NCBI GenBank assembly: GCA_963817955.1
Contig: CAWFQK010000001.1
Coordinates: forward strand, 160,001-224,000
Direction: 5' to 3'
Source of the DNA: an uncultured Gemmatimonadaceae bacterium
GTDB taxonomy: Bacteria > Gemmatimonadota > Gemmatimonadetes > Gemmatimonadales > Gemmatimonadaceae
Length of the DNA: 64,000 nucleotides
In this document: piece after piece, positions 10,871 through 20,413 of the stretch
Layout of the letters: each line of letters opens with the position of its first letter
How positions within the stretch are numbered: position 1 is the stretch's first letter
Translations under genes and position numbers: made by a program
Notes under the pieces: model-generated
What the model was told of the DNA's origin: nothing
Database searches by the model: none
What the model saw: only the letters and a program-made list of their open reading frames with translations

Positions 10871-11894
10871 TCTTCCGCGGCTTCTTGTCGCGTACCACCT
10901 GCAGGGTGACGGCGCGATCCGCCGCACGCTGCGCCACTTCTCGTTGAAGATCGGTGAGGCCCACCACGGGATGGCCGCCAACGGAAACAATCACGTCGCC
11001 GCTGCGCAATCCGGCCTTGTAGCCTGGCGACGATTCCGGCGCCTCGCTCACCAGCACTCCACGCTGGAGCTTGAGTGCCTTGGCCAGATCGGGGTTCACG
11101 GTGGTCAGGCTGGTGCCGAACACGCCTTCTCGCCAGATCATCATCACGGCGGGATTCGGCCCGTCGGCTGGAACAGGAAGGCCTTTTAGCATCAGCCGCA
11201 TCGGAGCGCCATGCAGGTCGTCCTCACCCAGACGCTCGACGTTTATCTCCTGCGGCAGCCCGTTCAAGTCACGACGGCGAATGGTGACGCGCGCGGTCGC
11301 CTTGGCTACGGTGACCGGATAGTCTTTGGTTTCGCCATCACGGCGCACCGTGACGACCAGCTTTTTTTCCGGTACGAGAAGCTGCGTGAGGTTCAACTCG
11401 CGCCGCACCACGTCCAAGCCGTCGTACGCGAGGAGCAGATCGCCAGGGGCAATTCCGGCCCGCTGTGCCGGGGAATCTGGGTCAACCGAAATGATGAGCG
11501 GATACTCGATGTACCGAATGAAGTGTCCGGCGTCGGTCATCGCTTCTTCGTGCAGCCCCTGCGCATAGATGCCAATCGAGCCACGTGGCATCAGGGCGTC
11601 GTTCACCATGATACGCGGCACGGGCAGCACGGCACCGATGAGTGCGTTGATCTTGCTTCGCAGCTCCACCCACGTGCGCGATCCAGTTTGCTCCTGCTCG
11701 AAAAGACGCATCAACGTGTGAATGGAGTCGAGCGCTGCTGGCGTGGGCATACGGACCAGCCCGGTGTCACGTCTGGTCGGCGCCACGGCGCCTTGAGCAG
11801 CGAGCGGCAGCGCGAGCGCACAGGTGCACGACATCGTGAACAGAGCGGCGGCGGCGCCGCGCGACATGACGGTTCCCATCGCGGTACTTCCCAT
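10854..11894 (-). CDS. Secreted tandem PDZ-domain protein
   Basis: Signal peptide; two PDZ motifs (SPAQRAGIAPGD, SPGYKAGLRSGDVI); TAATG coupling to the upstream gene. Confidence 0.8.
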   Translation of the reverse strand: MGSTAMGTVMSRGAAAALFTMSCTCALALPLAAQGAVAPTRRDTGLVRMPTPAALDSIHTLMRLFEQEQTGSRTWVELRSKINALIGAVLPVPRIMVNDALMPRGSIGIYAQGLHEEAMTDAGHFIRYIEYPLIISVDPDSPAQRAGIAPGDLLLAYDGLDVVRRELNLTQLLVPEKKLVVTVRRDGETKDYPVTVAKATARVTIRRRDLNGLPQEINVERLGEDDLHGAPMRLMLKGLPVPADGPNPAVMMIWREGVFGTSLTTVNPDLAKALKLQRGVLVSEAPESSPGYKAGLRSGDVIVSVGGHPVVGLTDLQREVAQRAADRAVTLQVVRDKKPRKITVRW

Positions 11895-12604
11895 TAATAA
11901 GTGGTGATGCGCATGCTGGCCGGCATCACCGTGTTGAGTTGGCGCAGGGTTGCCTCACGCTGGCCTAGTGTGGTGAGGTAGTAGCCATTGATCACCGGAT
12001 CGTACGGCGCCTCGTTGAGCGCCTCGCCCATCACTTGGCGCGTGCGGTCGAGCGCGGCGAGCCGCGTACGCATGGCGGCTGGGCTGTCGCTCGGCTTCCC
12101 TGCCGTGTCCTGCTGCGCCAGGAATGCGGTAGCCGTCTCGTATTCCGCCTGGGACTGCTGCTGGGCGGCGCGCGCCTCTTCGATCGACCTGAAACGGGCC
12201 GTCGAGTCGGCAGGAGATGTCGCGGCGACATTGCTGGAGCCGTCGTTGACAGGCAGTGCCGGAGCACCCGTGGTGTAGCGTCCGAGCATCATACCGCCCG
12301 CCACGAGCAACACCGCAGCCGCTGCCTGGAGCCAGGGACGTCGCACGTGCCGTGCACGAAAGTGCAATCCACCACCGGCGGCAATGACGCCGTCGGCACG
12401 GAGCGCTGGCGCCAACGTCTCCCACCTCGTCAGCGGGCTACCAATACGCGCCAACTCGTTCGACGACAGCTCGGCGAGACTCCGGTACATCGACCGCTCT
12501 CGCCCGCACTCGGCGCAAGTCGCGAGATGCACCAGCTCCGCCACGGTTGGCGCTTCGTCCACGAGCGCCGCTAGTCGTTCAGTAGGCAGGTGCGACATGT
12601 TCAT
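11894..12604 (-). CDS. Zinc-binding anti-sigma factor (ZAS), single TM
   Basis: HLATCAEC = HxxxCxxC; TM AAAAVLLVAGGMML; directly after the ECF sigma gene. Confidence 0.8.
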   Translation of the reverse strand: MNMSHLPTERLAALVDEAPTVAELVHLATCAECGRERSMYRSLAELSSNELARIGSPLTRWETLAPALRADGVIAAGGGLHFRARHVRRPWLQAAAAVLLVAGGMMLGRYTTGAPALPVNDGSSNVAATSPADSTARFRSIEEARAAQQQSQAEYETATAFLAQQDTAGKPSDSPAAMRTRLAALDRTRQVMGEALNEAPYDPVINGYYLTTLGQREATLRQLNTVMPASMRITTY

Positions 12605-13184
12605 TCTCTTGACTCGGTGAGCTAACCTCTTTCACGTCTATGAGATGCGCCAACATTTTTCTCAGCTTCGCGCGCGCCTTGAACAGCTGTGACTTGGACC
12701 CGCCGGAAGTGATGCCGAGCTCCTCGGCAATCTCCTCGTGCGTGTAGCCTTCCACGTCGTGGAGCATGAACACGGCACGCGCGCCCGGCGCGAGCTTCGC
12801 GGCGGCCTCGTCAATCGATTGCGCGATGTACGCCCGTTCGTGGTCCGGTTCGACGAACGCACAGTCCTCGGCGACATCCACCTCGATGGCCTCGAGCCGT
12901 CGCGTCTTCCGCAGTGCGTTGAGCGTGCGGTTCACTGCGATCCGGTGCGCCCAAGTGCCGAACTGCGAGTCCCCTCGGTAGCTTGGCAGCGCGCGGAAGA
13001 TCTGGATCCAGACTTCCTGCGCGATGTCCGCCGCTAAGTCCACGTCTCCCCCCACCAGGCGTCGCACGACCATGTCGATGTGAGGAGCGTGCCGGGTCCA
13101 GAGAGCCCGGAGCGCACCTTCATCGCCACCAATCGCCCGGCGGATGAGAAGAGGTTCGTGATCCATGTTCGTAGAGTTGGTCAC
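12579..13184 (-). CDS. ECF RNA polymerase sigma factor
   Basis: Region 2 DIAQEVW...FGTWAHRIAVN; region 4 HDVEGYTHEEIAEELGI...SKSQLFKAR. Confidence 0.93.
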   Translation of the reverse strand: MTNSTNMDHEPLLIRRAIGGDEGALRALWTRHAPHIDMVVRRLVGGDVDLAADIAQEVWIQIFRALPSYRGDSQFGTWAHRIAVNRTLNALRKTRRLEAIEVDVAEDCAFVEPDHERAYIAQSIDEAAAKLAPGARAVFMLHDVEGYTHEEIAEELGITSGGSKSQLFKARAKLRKMLAHLIDVKEVSSPSQENEHVAPAY

Positions 13185-13207
13185 GGGAAGCGCCCGGAGG
13201 GTTTACT

Positions 13208-13233
13208 GACGGCGCTCATGCGGTATCGTTACA
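13208..13233 (-). promoter_or_regulatory. Putative ECF-type autoregulatory promoter
   Basis: Minus strand TGTAAC-N16-CGTC about 25 nt upstream of the ECF gene; fits the AAC/-35, CGT/-10 ECF pattern. Confidence 0.6.
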
Positions 13234-13485
13234 TCTCACGCCCTAGCTCGTCGTGCGGTTGACGGACAGTACGTCCGTGGTCTCCATCTTGCCACAGGGA
13301 ATGCGCGCAACGATTGTGACCTATCGCACAGTACTTTGGTCGGACAAAGTGGATTCCTACCCCCGACCGATACTTCTAAACAAGAGCACGCTTTCTGCAT
13401 TCGCCGGCCCAACGGGCCTCGTCCGTTTTCACTAGCGTCTAGCATTAGCGGCAACTCGCCGTCTAGCGCCTAGCAAGGTTCTGCC

Positions 13486-14895
13486 GTGCTGTCCCTGCTG
13501 CTCTCCGCAATTACGATCGCCACCAGCTTTGGCGGCGGCGGCCTTCCGGTGAAGGCTCCGCGCACTGTTGGTATGTCCGCCGAGCGCCTGGCCAAGATTG
13601 ACCACGTCGTAGAACGGGGAATTTCGGCGGGCGGATATCCTGGTGCGGCAGTCGTCGTCGGGCGGCGGGGCGCGGCGGTGTGGGAAAAGGGGTTCGGCAA
13701 GCTGAGCTGGGAAAAGAGCAGCACGCCGGTGTCCGCCGATCACACCATTTACGACCTGGCGTCTCTGACCAAGGTCGTCGGGACCACCACGGCCCTCATG
13801 GTGCTATATGATGAGGGCAAGATCCACCTCGACGATCCGGCGTCGAAGTACGTTCCGGCATTCTCGGGTGGCGAAAAGGACCGCGTTACGCTGCGGATGT
13901 TGCTCGAGCATCGCTCCGGCCTTCCTGCCGGACGCGACCTCTGGCGTATTGCCCACACCCCCGACGAGGCGCGCGCAGCCGTCATTGCGACGAACCTCGT
14001 CTGCAAACCCAACGAGTGCTACGAATACTCCGACCTCGGCGCCGACATGCTCGGTTTCGTCGTCGAAGCAGCCAGCGGCGAGCCGTTGGACAAGTTCCTC
14101 GAGGAACACGTGTGGCAGCCGCTGGGGATGACGGACACATTCTTTCGTCCCAGCCCCTCTCTGCGAGATCGCATCGCTCCCACGGAGGTCGCTCCCCCGC
14201 GCGGTTACCCGCTGCAGGGCGAAGTGCACGACGAAAACGCGTATGCACTCGGCGGGGTAGCGGGTCACGCGGGTTTATTCAGCACCGCGAATGATCTGTC
14301 GGTCTTTGCGCAGATGATGCTCAACGGCGGCGAGTACGCCGGCACTCGCCTCATCGCCGACTCGACCATCGCGCTGTTCACCAAACGTGCAGCCGGCACG
14401 CGCGCGCTCGGCTGGGACACCTGCGGCGGCTCTGGGAGCTGCGGCAAATACCTCGGCGCCAATGCCTACGGGCACACCGGCTTTACGGGCACGTCCATGT
14501 GGATGGATCCCGAGCGCGACATGTTCGTGGTGTTGCTCACCAATCGTGTCCACGAAGCGAGAGCCAAGCGTCCGGCAAAGGTGATTGCCGACGTTCGAGC
14601 CGATCTCGCCGACGCGGCCGCGCTGGCGGTGACGGATTACGCCGATGGCCCCATGGCAATGCCGGCGAAATTCCGGGCCGACAAAGCCGTCGATTGGAAC
14701 CGGCCGGAGCGGCGAGCACACGTCCGGCACGCATCGTCGAAGAGGAGCAGCGCAAAGAAGGGCAGCTCCAAGGCATCCGCCAAGAAGCGAAGCTCGAATT
14801 CTGGCGTGGCAAAGAGCCGGTCGTCGAGCAGCACGACGGCGAGCGCGAAGAAGAGCAAGGGGCCGAGTACCGCCAAGAAGAAGCTGCGGAAGTAG
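13486..14895 (+). CDS. Serine hydrolase, beta-lactamase/AmpC-like family, with basic C-terminal tail
   Basis: ASLTK (SxxK), YSD, VHDENA, GHAGLFS, HTGFTG; signal peptide; K/S-rich tail. Confidence 0.88.
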   Translation: MLSLLLSAITIATSFGGGGLPVKAPRTVGMSAERLAKIDHVVERGISAGGYPGAAVVVGRRGAAVWEKGFGKLSWEKSSTPVSADHTIYDLASLTKVVGTTTALMVLYDEGKIHLDDPASKYVPAFSGGEKDRVTLRMLLEHRSGLPAGRDLWRIAHTPDEARAAVIATNLVCKPNECYEYSDLGADMLGFVVEAASGEPLDKFLEEHVWQPLGMTDTFFRPSPSLRDRIAPTEVAPPRGYPLQGEVHDENAYALGGVAGHAGLFSTANDLSVFAQMMLNGGEYAGTRLIADSTIALFTKRAAGTRALGWDTCGGSGSCGKYLGANAYGHTGFTGTSMWMDPERDMFVVLLTNRVHEARAKRPAKVIADVRADLADAAALAVTDYADGPMAMPAKFRADKAVDWNRPERRAHVRHASSKRSSAKKGSSKASAKKRSSNSGVAKSRSSSSTTASAKKSKGPSTAKKKLRK

Positions 14896-14934
14896 ATCGA
14901 CGCGGCGATCGCGAAGCCGAACTGCTCCCACAAC

Positions 14935-15432
14935 ATGTCCAAATCGCTCGACGCCCCCGGCGGCACAATCGCCCGTTGGTGGAACCGCCTTTCCAAGCTG
15001 CCCGGCGGCCGGCGTCTGTTCAGCATGATGATTGGGCGAATGGCGCCGTATACCGGCACGATCGGTGCGCGCATCGAGGAGCTACGCCCCGGCTATTCCC
15101 GATGGACGCTGCGCGATCGGCGGCGGATACGGAACCATCTCAACTCCATCCACGCCGTGGCGCTGGTGAACTTCGCCGAAGTGGCGAGCGGGACGGCCAT
15201 GTTGGTGACGCTTCCCTCAAACGTGCGCGGCATCGTGACGGACTTATCGATCACGTACTTGAAGAAAGCGCGCGGCACGCTGACAGCGGAGTGCCGCTGT
15301 AGCGTGCCAGAGGTGCGGGGCGAAACGTCGGTCGCCGTGCCGGCCGAAATCCGTGATTCCGCCGGCGATGTGGTGGCCCGTGCAACCGTGACATGGCGTT
15401 TGGCGCCGCACGACACGCCGCACGACACATAG
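14935..15432 (+). CDS. Hotdog-fold protein (DUF4442/PaaI thioesterase-like)
   Basis: [29 protein letters not shown]. Confidence 0.8.
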   Translation: MSKSLDAPGGTIARWWNRLSKLPGGRRLFSMMIGRMAPYTGTIGARIEELRPGYSRWTLRDRRRIRNHLNSIHAVALVNFAEVASGTAMLVTLPSNVRGIVTDLSITYLKKARGTLTAECRCSVPEVRGETSVAVPAEIRDSAGDVVARATVTWRLAPHDTPHDT

Positions 15433-15479
15433 ATCACTCCCCCACAACTGCCCTTGACGGGGGCAGTTATTGTTCGAAC

Positions 15480-16199
15480 GTGCCCACCTCATCAATCCTG
15501 AACGTCACCGCTTGGGCGTCGCTCGCAGCTATCGCCGCGGTGCTGGGACCGTTTCTGATAACCAGCCGAGAGTCGTCTGCGGCTGCACGGAGCCTGGGTC
15601 TCGCCAGCGCACTCGCCGCGGGCGCCATGCTCGGCGTCTGTTTTCCGTTGATGAGCGTCGGTCTGGCGCGCGCGGGCGTGAGCGCAACGCTCGGCGCAGT
15701 GCTCGGAATAGCCGCGAGCTATGCGACGCACGTGCTGCTGGGTGTTGGGGCCGACGATCCGGCGATGTATCCCAAACGCGCGGTGACGGCTGGCGCGTTG
15801 CACTCGGCGCCCGAAGGCGTGGCGATCGGCGCGGCGATGGCGGTTGGCCCGCGATTCGGTCTATTCCTCGTCGCGACGCTCGCCGTGCATAACATCTGGG
15901 AAAGCCAGGTGCTCGGCTCGCAGCTGCTCGCCGGCGGCGAGACCCGAACGCGCGCCGCGGCATTTGGTGTGTTGACCAACATTCCGCAGGTGCTGTTCGC
16001 GGGCGCCGTATACGTCGTCGCGATCGCCGCACCAATGAGCGTGCCGTTGTTTCTCGGCATCGGATTCGGGGCGCTCACGTATCTGTGCTTCGCGGAACTG
16101 CTTCCGGAAAGCTACAAGACCACGGGACGCACGAGCATCGCGATGGTCGTGAGTGTGGCTGCGGGCGTCGTTGCACTCCTCGGCGGAAGCACCCGATGA
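15480..16199 (+). CDS. ZIP-family metal transporter, divergent copy
   Basis: Multi-TM; HSAPEG and HNIWES, ELLPE; start codon uncertain. Confidence 0.7.
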   Translation: MPTSSILNVTAWASLAAIAAVLGPFLITSRESSAAARSLGLASALAAGAMLGVCFPLMSVGLARAGVSATLGAVLGIAASYATHVLLGVGADDPAMYPKRAVTAGALHSAPEGVAIGAAMAVGPRFGLFLVATLAVHNIWESQVLGSQLLAGGETRTRAAAFGVLTNIPQVLFAGAVYVVAIAAPMSVPLFLGIGFGALTYLCFAELLPESYKTTGRTSIAMVVSVAAGVVALLGGSTR

Positions 16200-16948
16200 A
16201 TCTGTGGTTCGCAGCGCACCCCGTCACACACGTATTCTTCTTTGCAGCCCTGACTGCGCTCGCGACGGGGCTGGGTGTGCTGCCGTTCATCTTCCTCCGA
16301 ACCATGTCGCTGCGCACGGTGGCGTTCGCGAACGCCATTGCCGCGGGGCTGATGCTTGGCGCGAGCTTCGGCTTGCTGATCGAAGGCACACGTCACTCTG
16401 GATGGGAGACGTTTCTCGGCACGAACGTCGGCATCCTGTTCATTCTCGCCACGCAGCAACTGCTCGGCGGGCAACACCACGAGAGTGAGTTTCTCGGCGT
16501 GCGCGGAGCCGGGGCCAAGCGCATGCTGCTCGTGATCATCATCATGACGGTGCACTCGTTCGCCGAAGGCGCCGCGGTCGGTGTTTCATTCGGCGGCGGA
16601 GCGACGCTCGCCGTCGCGATCACGCTTGCGGTAGCGGTGCATAACATACCGGAAGGTTTGGCGGTGAGCGCCGTGATGCGTCCGCAGGGTGCGAGTCTGT
16701 TGGCGTGCCTGGGATGGAGCATTTTTTCATCGCTCCCTCAGCCCATCGCGGCTGTGCCTGCCTTCCTATTCGTCGCGCGCTTCTCTTCGGCACTCCCGTA
16801 CGGACTCGGATTCGCCGCCGGAGCGATGATCTTCATGGTGCTGGTCGAGCTCTTGCCGGAAGCCTACGAGCAGGCGTGGTCGCGCAGCGTCGCCGCGGTC
16901 ACGGCGCTGACCCTCGTCGGCATGCTGTTGATGCAGAAGTATTTATAG
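16196..16948 (+). CDS. ZIP-family metal transporter (ZupT/GufA-like)
   Basis: TALATGLG, HSFAEG, HNIPEG, FAAGAM, ELLPE; ATGA overlap with the previous gene. Confidence 0.88.
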   Translation: MNLWFAAHPVTHVFFFAALTALATGLGVLPFIFLRTMSLRTVAFANAIAAGLMLGASFGLLIEGTRHSGWETFLGTNVGILFILATQQLLGGQHHESEFLGVRGAGAKRMLLVIIIMTVHSFAEGAAVGVSFGGGATLAVAITLAVAVHNIPEGLAVSAVMRPQGASLLACLGWSIFSSLPQPIAAVPAFLFVARFSSALPYGLGFAAGAMIFMVLVELLPEAYEQAWSRSVAAVTALTLVGMLLMQKYL

Positions 16949-16960
16949 GGTCTTCAATTT

Positions 16961-17072
16961 GCCTGTCATCCTGAGCGAAGGCCTGTCATCCTGAGCGAGG
17001 GCCTGTCATCCTGAGCGAAGGCCTGTCATCCTGAGCGAGGGCCTGTCATCCTGAGCGAAGCGAAGGATCTCT
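16961..17072 (+). repeat. Five tandem 20-bp REP-like units ending in a complete REP
   Basis: GCCTGTCATCCTGAGCGA(A/G)G x5, then CGAAGGATCTCT; no spacers. Confidence 0.92.
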
Positions 17073-17082
17073 GCGAGCGGCC

Positions 17083-17385
17083 CAACAGCTTTTAACGCAG
17101 AGGTCGCAGAGAACTGCAGGAGAACGGCAGAGGACCGTGAAGGATTGTCTCGCCTGGAAGTCTTGGCTGATGCCGTCGTGACGCTCCGATGGTATCGCCC
17201 AGGTCGTGATCACCAACGATACAAGCGGAATGATTGTGGACTCGGCAATCACGGTTTATTCCACTGATACGCGCTTCCCTCTTCCGTACGCTGACAGTTC
17301 TCTCTTGCAGTTCCCTTTTGCAGTTCTCTCGCCGTTCTCTGCAGTTCTCTTGCAGTTCTCTGCGACCTCTGCGTTAAAGCTGTTG
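17083..17385. mobile_element. TIR-bounded non-autonomous element, copy 1 (probable GxxExxY-cassette relic)
   Basis: ~42-bp TIR CAACAGCTTT(T)AACGCAGAGGTCGCAGAGAACTGCA; internal TGCAGTTCTC repeats; paralogue at 47985-48348. Confidence 0.75.
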
Positions 17386-17425
17386 CGCCGTCTGCGTTAA
17401 ATCGCTGTTGCCCGGATTAACAAAC

Positions 17426-18115
17426 ATGTCAGTTCTCGTAATCGACATCGGTGGCACCACCGTGAAGTGCCTTGCGTCTGGCCATCGCACTCCGGTGCAG
17501 ATACCATCCGGACCCCGGCTCACGCCGCGCGTTCTCGTGAACGATGTCCTGGCCGCCACGGCCGGCTGGCAATACGACCGGATCTCCATTGGATATCCCG
17601 GCCCCGTCCGCGGCAACAAACCGGCGCGCGAGCCCTGGAATCTCGGCGCGGGCTGGACGGGCTTTGACTTCGCCAAGGCGTTCGGGCGTCGCGTGCGGGT
17701 CGTCAACGATGCATCCATGCAGGCACTCGGCAGCTATGCCGGCCGCAAGATGCTCTTCCTGGGACTCGGCACGGGACTCGGCACCACGCTGATCTGCGAC
17801 GGTGTCGTCATTCCCATGGAGCTCGCCCATCTGCCGTACCGCGATGGACAATCTTATGAAGACTTCCTCGGCGTCGCCGGCCGGGAGCGACTCGGCACGC
17901 ACGCGTGGCGGAAGCACACATTGAAGGTCATAGACCTTTTCATGGCCGCATTCCTGGCAGACTACGTCGTCCTCGGCGGCGGCAACGCGCAGAATATGGG
18001 TGAGCTGCCGAAATACGTGCGGATTGGAAGCAACACGAATGCGTTCAAGGGCGGCTTTCGGTTGTGGTCAGACACGTCTAGCGAACGAACCCCTGAATCA
18101 GTTCCGCGGCGATGA
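17426..18115 (+). CDS. ROK-family sugar kinase (polyphosphate glucokinase-like)
   Basis: IDIGGT, GYPGPV, VVNDA, GLGTGLG, ELAHL, LGGGN. Confidence 0.85.
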   Translation: MSVLVIDIGGTTVKCLASGHRTPVQIPSGPRLTPRVLVNDVLAATAGWQYDRISIGYPGPVRGNKPAREPWNLGAGWTGFDFAKAFGRRVRVVNDASMQALGSYAGRKMLFLGLGTGLGTTLICDGVVIPMELAHLPYRDGQSYEDFLGVAGRERLGTHAWRKHTLKVIDLFMAAFLADYVVLGGGNAQNMGELPKYVRIGSNTNAFKGGFRLWSDTSSERTPESVPRR

Positions 18116-19154
18116 GCAGTACCACAATGATCTCCAGGAGCTCGGCGCGAACGACTTGTGCTTCCGCGTTCAGCATGGTGTAGGTATCGCGAAAGATCTG
18201 GAGCTTGCGATCGATGCCGCGTCGCCAGGCTCGCTCGCGAAACAGCTCCAGTGCCGCGCCATAGACGCGCGCCAGGTACACGTCGTCCGTCACCTTGAAT
18301 GCGTTGTCCACGCGCTCGACGACTTCCGTAATCTCGGTCACGCGCGTCTGCAGTTCGGCCAGCAGTGGCCGGATGGTGCGCGTGATGGGCCTCCAGCGCT
18401 GCCGGCGCGCGGCAATCCGGCCGTACAACGCCGGCAGTTCCGCGTCGAGCTCGGCGTCGTACACGCGCAGCTCGAGGAGTTGCGCGTTTGCGAATTCAAG
18501 AACGAACTCCACATCCTCATCGGCAGCGCGCGGCTCGACAACCAACGCATTGTCCCACGTGAGAATCGCGAGATCGTCTGCATAGAACGAGAACCTGTTC
18601 GCCAGCAGATCCTGACGCGCCGAGGCCGCCAACGGACGGGTTTCGCCGACCAGGAGGGCCACGAGTTGATCGTCCGTGGGCGCGGCGTGCCCGTCGTCGC
18701 TCTCGAGCGTATCGACACGAAACACGATGTAGTCTTCAGTGACCGGAGCGACGAGCGGTCGCTCGACCGCGGCACGGATGCGGTCGAGCAGCGCGGCAAG
18801 CTCTGTGTCAAACGTGGCGGCGACGTCCGCGGACTTGTCGACGGCGCTTCCAAATCTCGTGTACGCTTCCCATGAAGCGGCGTCGGGGGCCTCGACCGTG
18901 AGCCGGAGTGAGCACACGCCAAAATCGAACAACTGGGCCGAGAGTCGCGCCTGGCGAGGCTGGTCCCCAACGACAATGGTGCGCTGGCCGAGCGACGCGA
19001 ACAGCGGTGGATTATGGATCTGAAACGTCTGCGCCTCGCTGCGCGCAGGGCGCGAGCGGCCGCGCGTCGCGTCGCCAAGCATCCTCGAGACACGGTCGAG
19101 GTCGATGGCGTATCCAATGTCGTAGAGACGGTAAGCCGCCGCGCTGCCGCGCAC
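18078..19154 (-). CDS. Conserved hypothetical membrane protein (possibly RMD1/DUF155-like)
   Basis: 358-aa ORF with good codon bias; LEFANAQLLELRVYD, DVYLARVY, C-terminal LEIIVVLLI TM. Confidence 0.65.
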   Translation of the reverse strand: MRGSAAAYRLYDIGYAIDLDRVSRMLGDATRGRSRPARSEAQTFQIHNPPLFASLGQRTIVVGDQPRQARLSAQLFDFGVCSLRLTVEAPDAASWEAYTRFGSAVDKSADVAATFDTELAALLDRIRAAVERPLVAPVTEDYIVFRVDTLESDDGHAAPTDDQLVALLVGETRPLAASARQDLLANRFSFYADDLAILTWDNALVVEPRAADEDVEFVLEFANAQLLELRVYDAELDAELPALYGRIAARRQRWRPITRTIRPLLAELQTRVTEITEVVERVDNAFKVTDDVYLARVYGAALELFRERAWRRGIDRKLQIFRDTYTMLNAEAQVVRAELLEIIVVLLIAAELIQGFVR

Positions 19155-19228
19155 CTTTCCACTCCGGTGTGGTGATTCGTGTAGGCGGGCTGTACGTCAA
19201 TAGCCATGCCGGCGGCTAGCTTCATCAC

Positions 19229-19789
19229 ATGCTCGTATCCGATGCCATTCAGCAACGCCGCTCGATCAAGCGATTCGCCCCTCAGCCCGTGTCGCGGGAC
19301 GCGATCGAGACGCTACTCACCGCTGCGGCCCTCGCGCCGAACCATCGTCTCACGCAGCCCTGGCGCTTCTATGTTCTTGGGCCCGAAGCACGGTATGCGT
19401 ATGGCCTCGCGCTGGGTGAACGGAAGGCGCGCAAGATCGAAGATGCCCAGGGCGCGCGTTCCGTGCGGGACACTGTCGCCGCCGAGCACCGTGCGTTGCC
19501 CTGCATGATCGCGGTCGCGGTCGTGACGAATGAGAATCCCGAGATCCGCGACGAAGACTACGCGGCCACGATGATGGGCATCGAAAATCTCGCGCTCATG
19601 GCCGTCGAGCTCGGATTAGGAACCCACATCAAGACCGGCGGCGTGATGGCAGATCGTGCGGCGCGCGACGCGGCCGGCGTGCGCGACGGGGAGCGCATCG
19701 TTGCGATCATCAATCTCGGTGAACCCGCGGACGTCCCCCCGCCGAAAACGCGCGAACCGGCATCCACGTACACGACGTGGATGCCGTGA
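19229..19789 (+). CDS. Nitroreductase family protein
   Basis: RRSIKRF, APNHRLTQPWRF, LGLGTHIKT. Confidence 0.88.
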   Translation: MLVSDAIQQRRSIKRFAPQPVSRDAIETLLTAAALAPNHRLTQPWRFYVLGPEARYAYGLALGERKARKIEDAQGARSVRDTVAAEHRALPCMIAVAVVTNENPEIRDEDYAATMMGIENLALMAVELGLGTHIKTGGVMADRAARDAAGVRDGERIVAIINLGEPADVPPPKTREPASTYTTWMP

Positions 19790-19852
19790 CCTGAAGCGCG
19801 CGAGGTCCGCTACATCCAGTGCCAATACGTCGGAGAACCTACTCTATCGAGG

Positions 19853-20413
19853 CTAACCCCGCAGGTTTCTCGCCCATCCCCCACGTCCACGCCCACCGCC
19901 ACCGCCAAGGCCACCACCCTGTCGCCCTCGCATCATCCACGCGTCCGCCTGCTGGTCGGCGGTGAGTACGCTCAGCGCGTCGCGAATGTCGGCGCGTCGT
20001 TGATCGCGTAGACGCTCGAGGTCGGCGACGGCGACGGGCGGCCGTACAGGCTGGACGCCCGCGCCCCGTCCGCGCCCCGTCCGCATCAGAGAGTCCATGC
20101 GCGCGCGCATAGTCCGGCGCTCATCCGCCACACGGCGCGCCACAGCTGCCAACCGCACGACCTGTTGATCCGTCAGCTTCAGCTCAGCGGTGTGCGCGAG
20201 CAGTACGCTCACCAATGATGGACCGGGCCCCTGCATGCCTGGCGGCCCCTGCATTCGAGGCGGCCGCTGCATTTGCGGCGCCATCATCTGTCCTCGTCCC
20301 TGGCCAAGTTGTGCGCCTGGGCGCGGTGGACCGCCAGGCTGCTGCGCAATCGCGCTCGACGCCGTCGCGATCGCGACGGCCAACGCGAGTCGACTCATCT
20401 GTCGGGACAACAT
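19853..20413 (-). CDS. Spy/CpxP-like periplasmic protein
   Basis: Signal peptide, Gly/Pro/Met-rich segment, LKLTDQQ and VLTADQQ (LTxxQ) motifs; GGAGG RBS upstream of ATG 20413. Confidence 0.7.
   Translation of the reverse strand: MLSRQMSRLALAVAIATASSAIAQQPGGPPRPGAQLGQGRGQMMAPQMQRPPRMQGPPGMQGPGPSLVSVLLAHTAELKLTDQQVVRLAAVARRVADERRTMRARMDSLMRTGRGRGAGVQPVRPPVAVADLERLRDQRRADIRDALSVLTADQQADAWMMRGRQGGGLGGGGGRGRGGWARNLRG

Noticed and set aside
16961..17072. Possible CRISPR array
   Set aside because: 20-bp units are contiguous with no spacers; no cas genes seen.
19853..19930. Another C-depletion halo at the Spy-like gene end
   Set aside because: Explained by poly-Gly coding; no repeat element adjacent.
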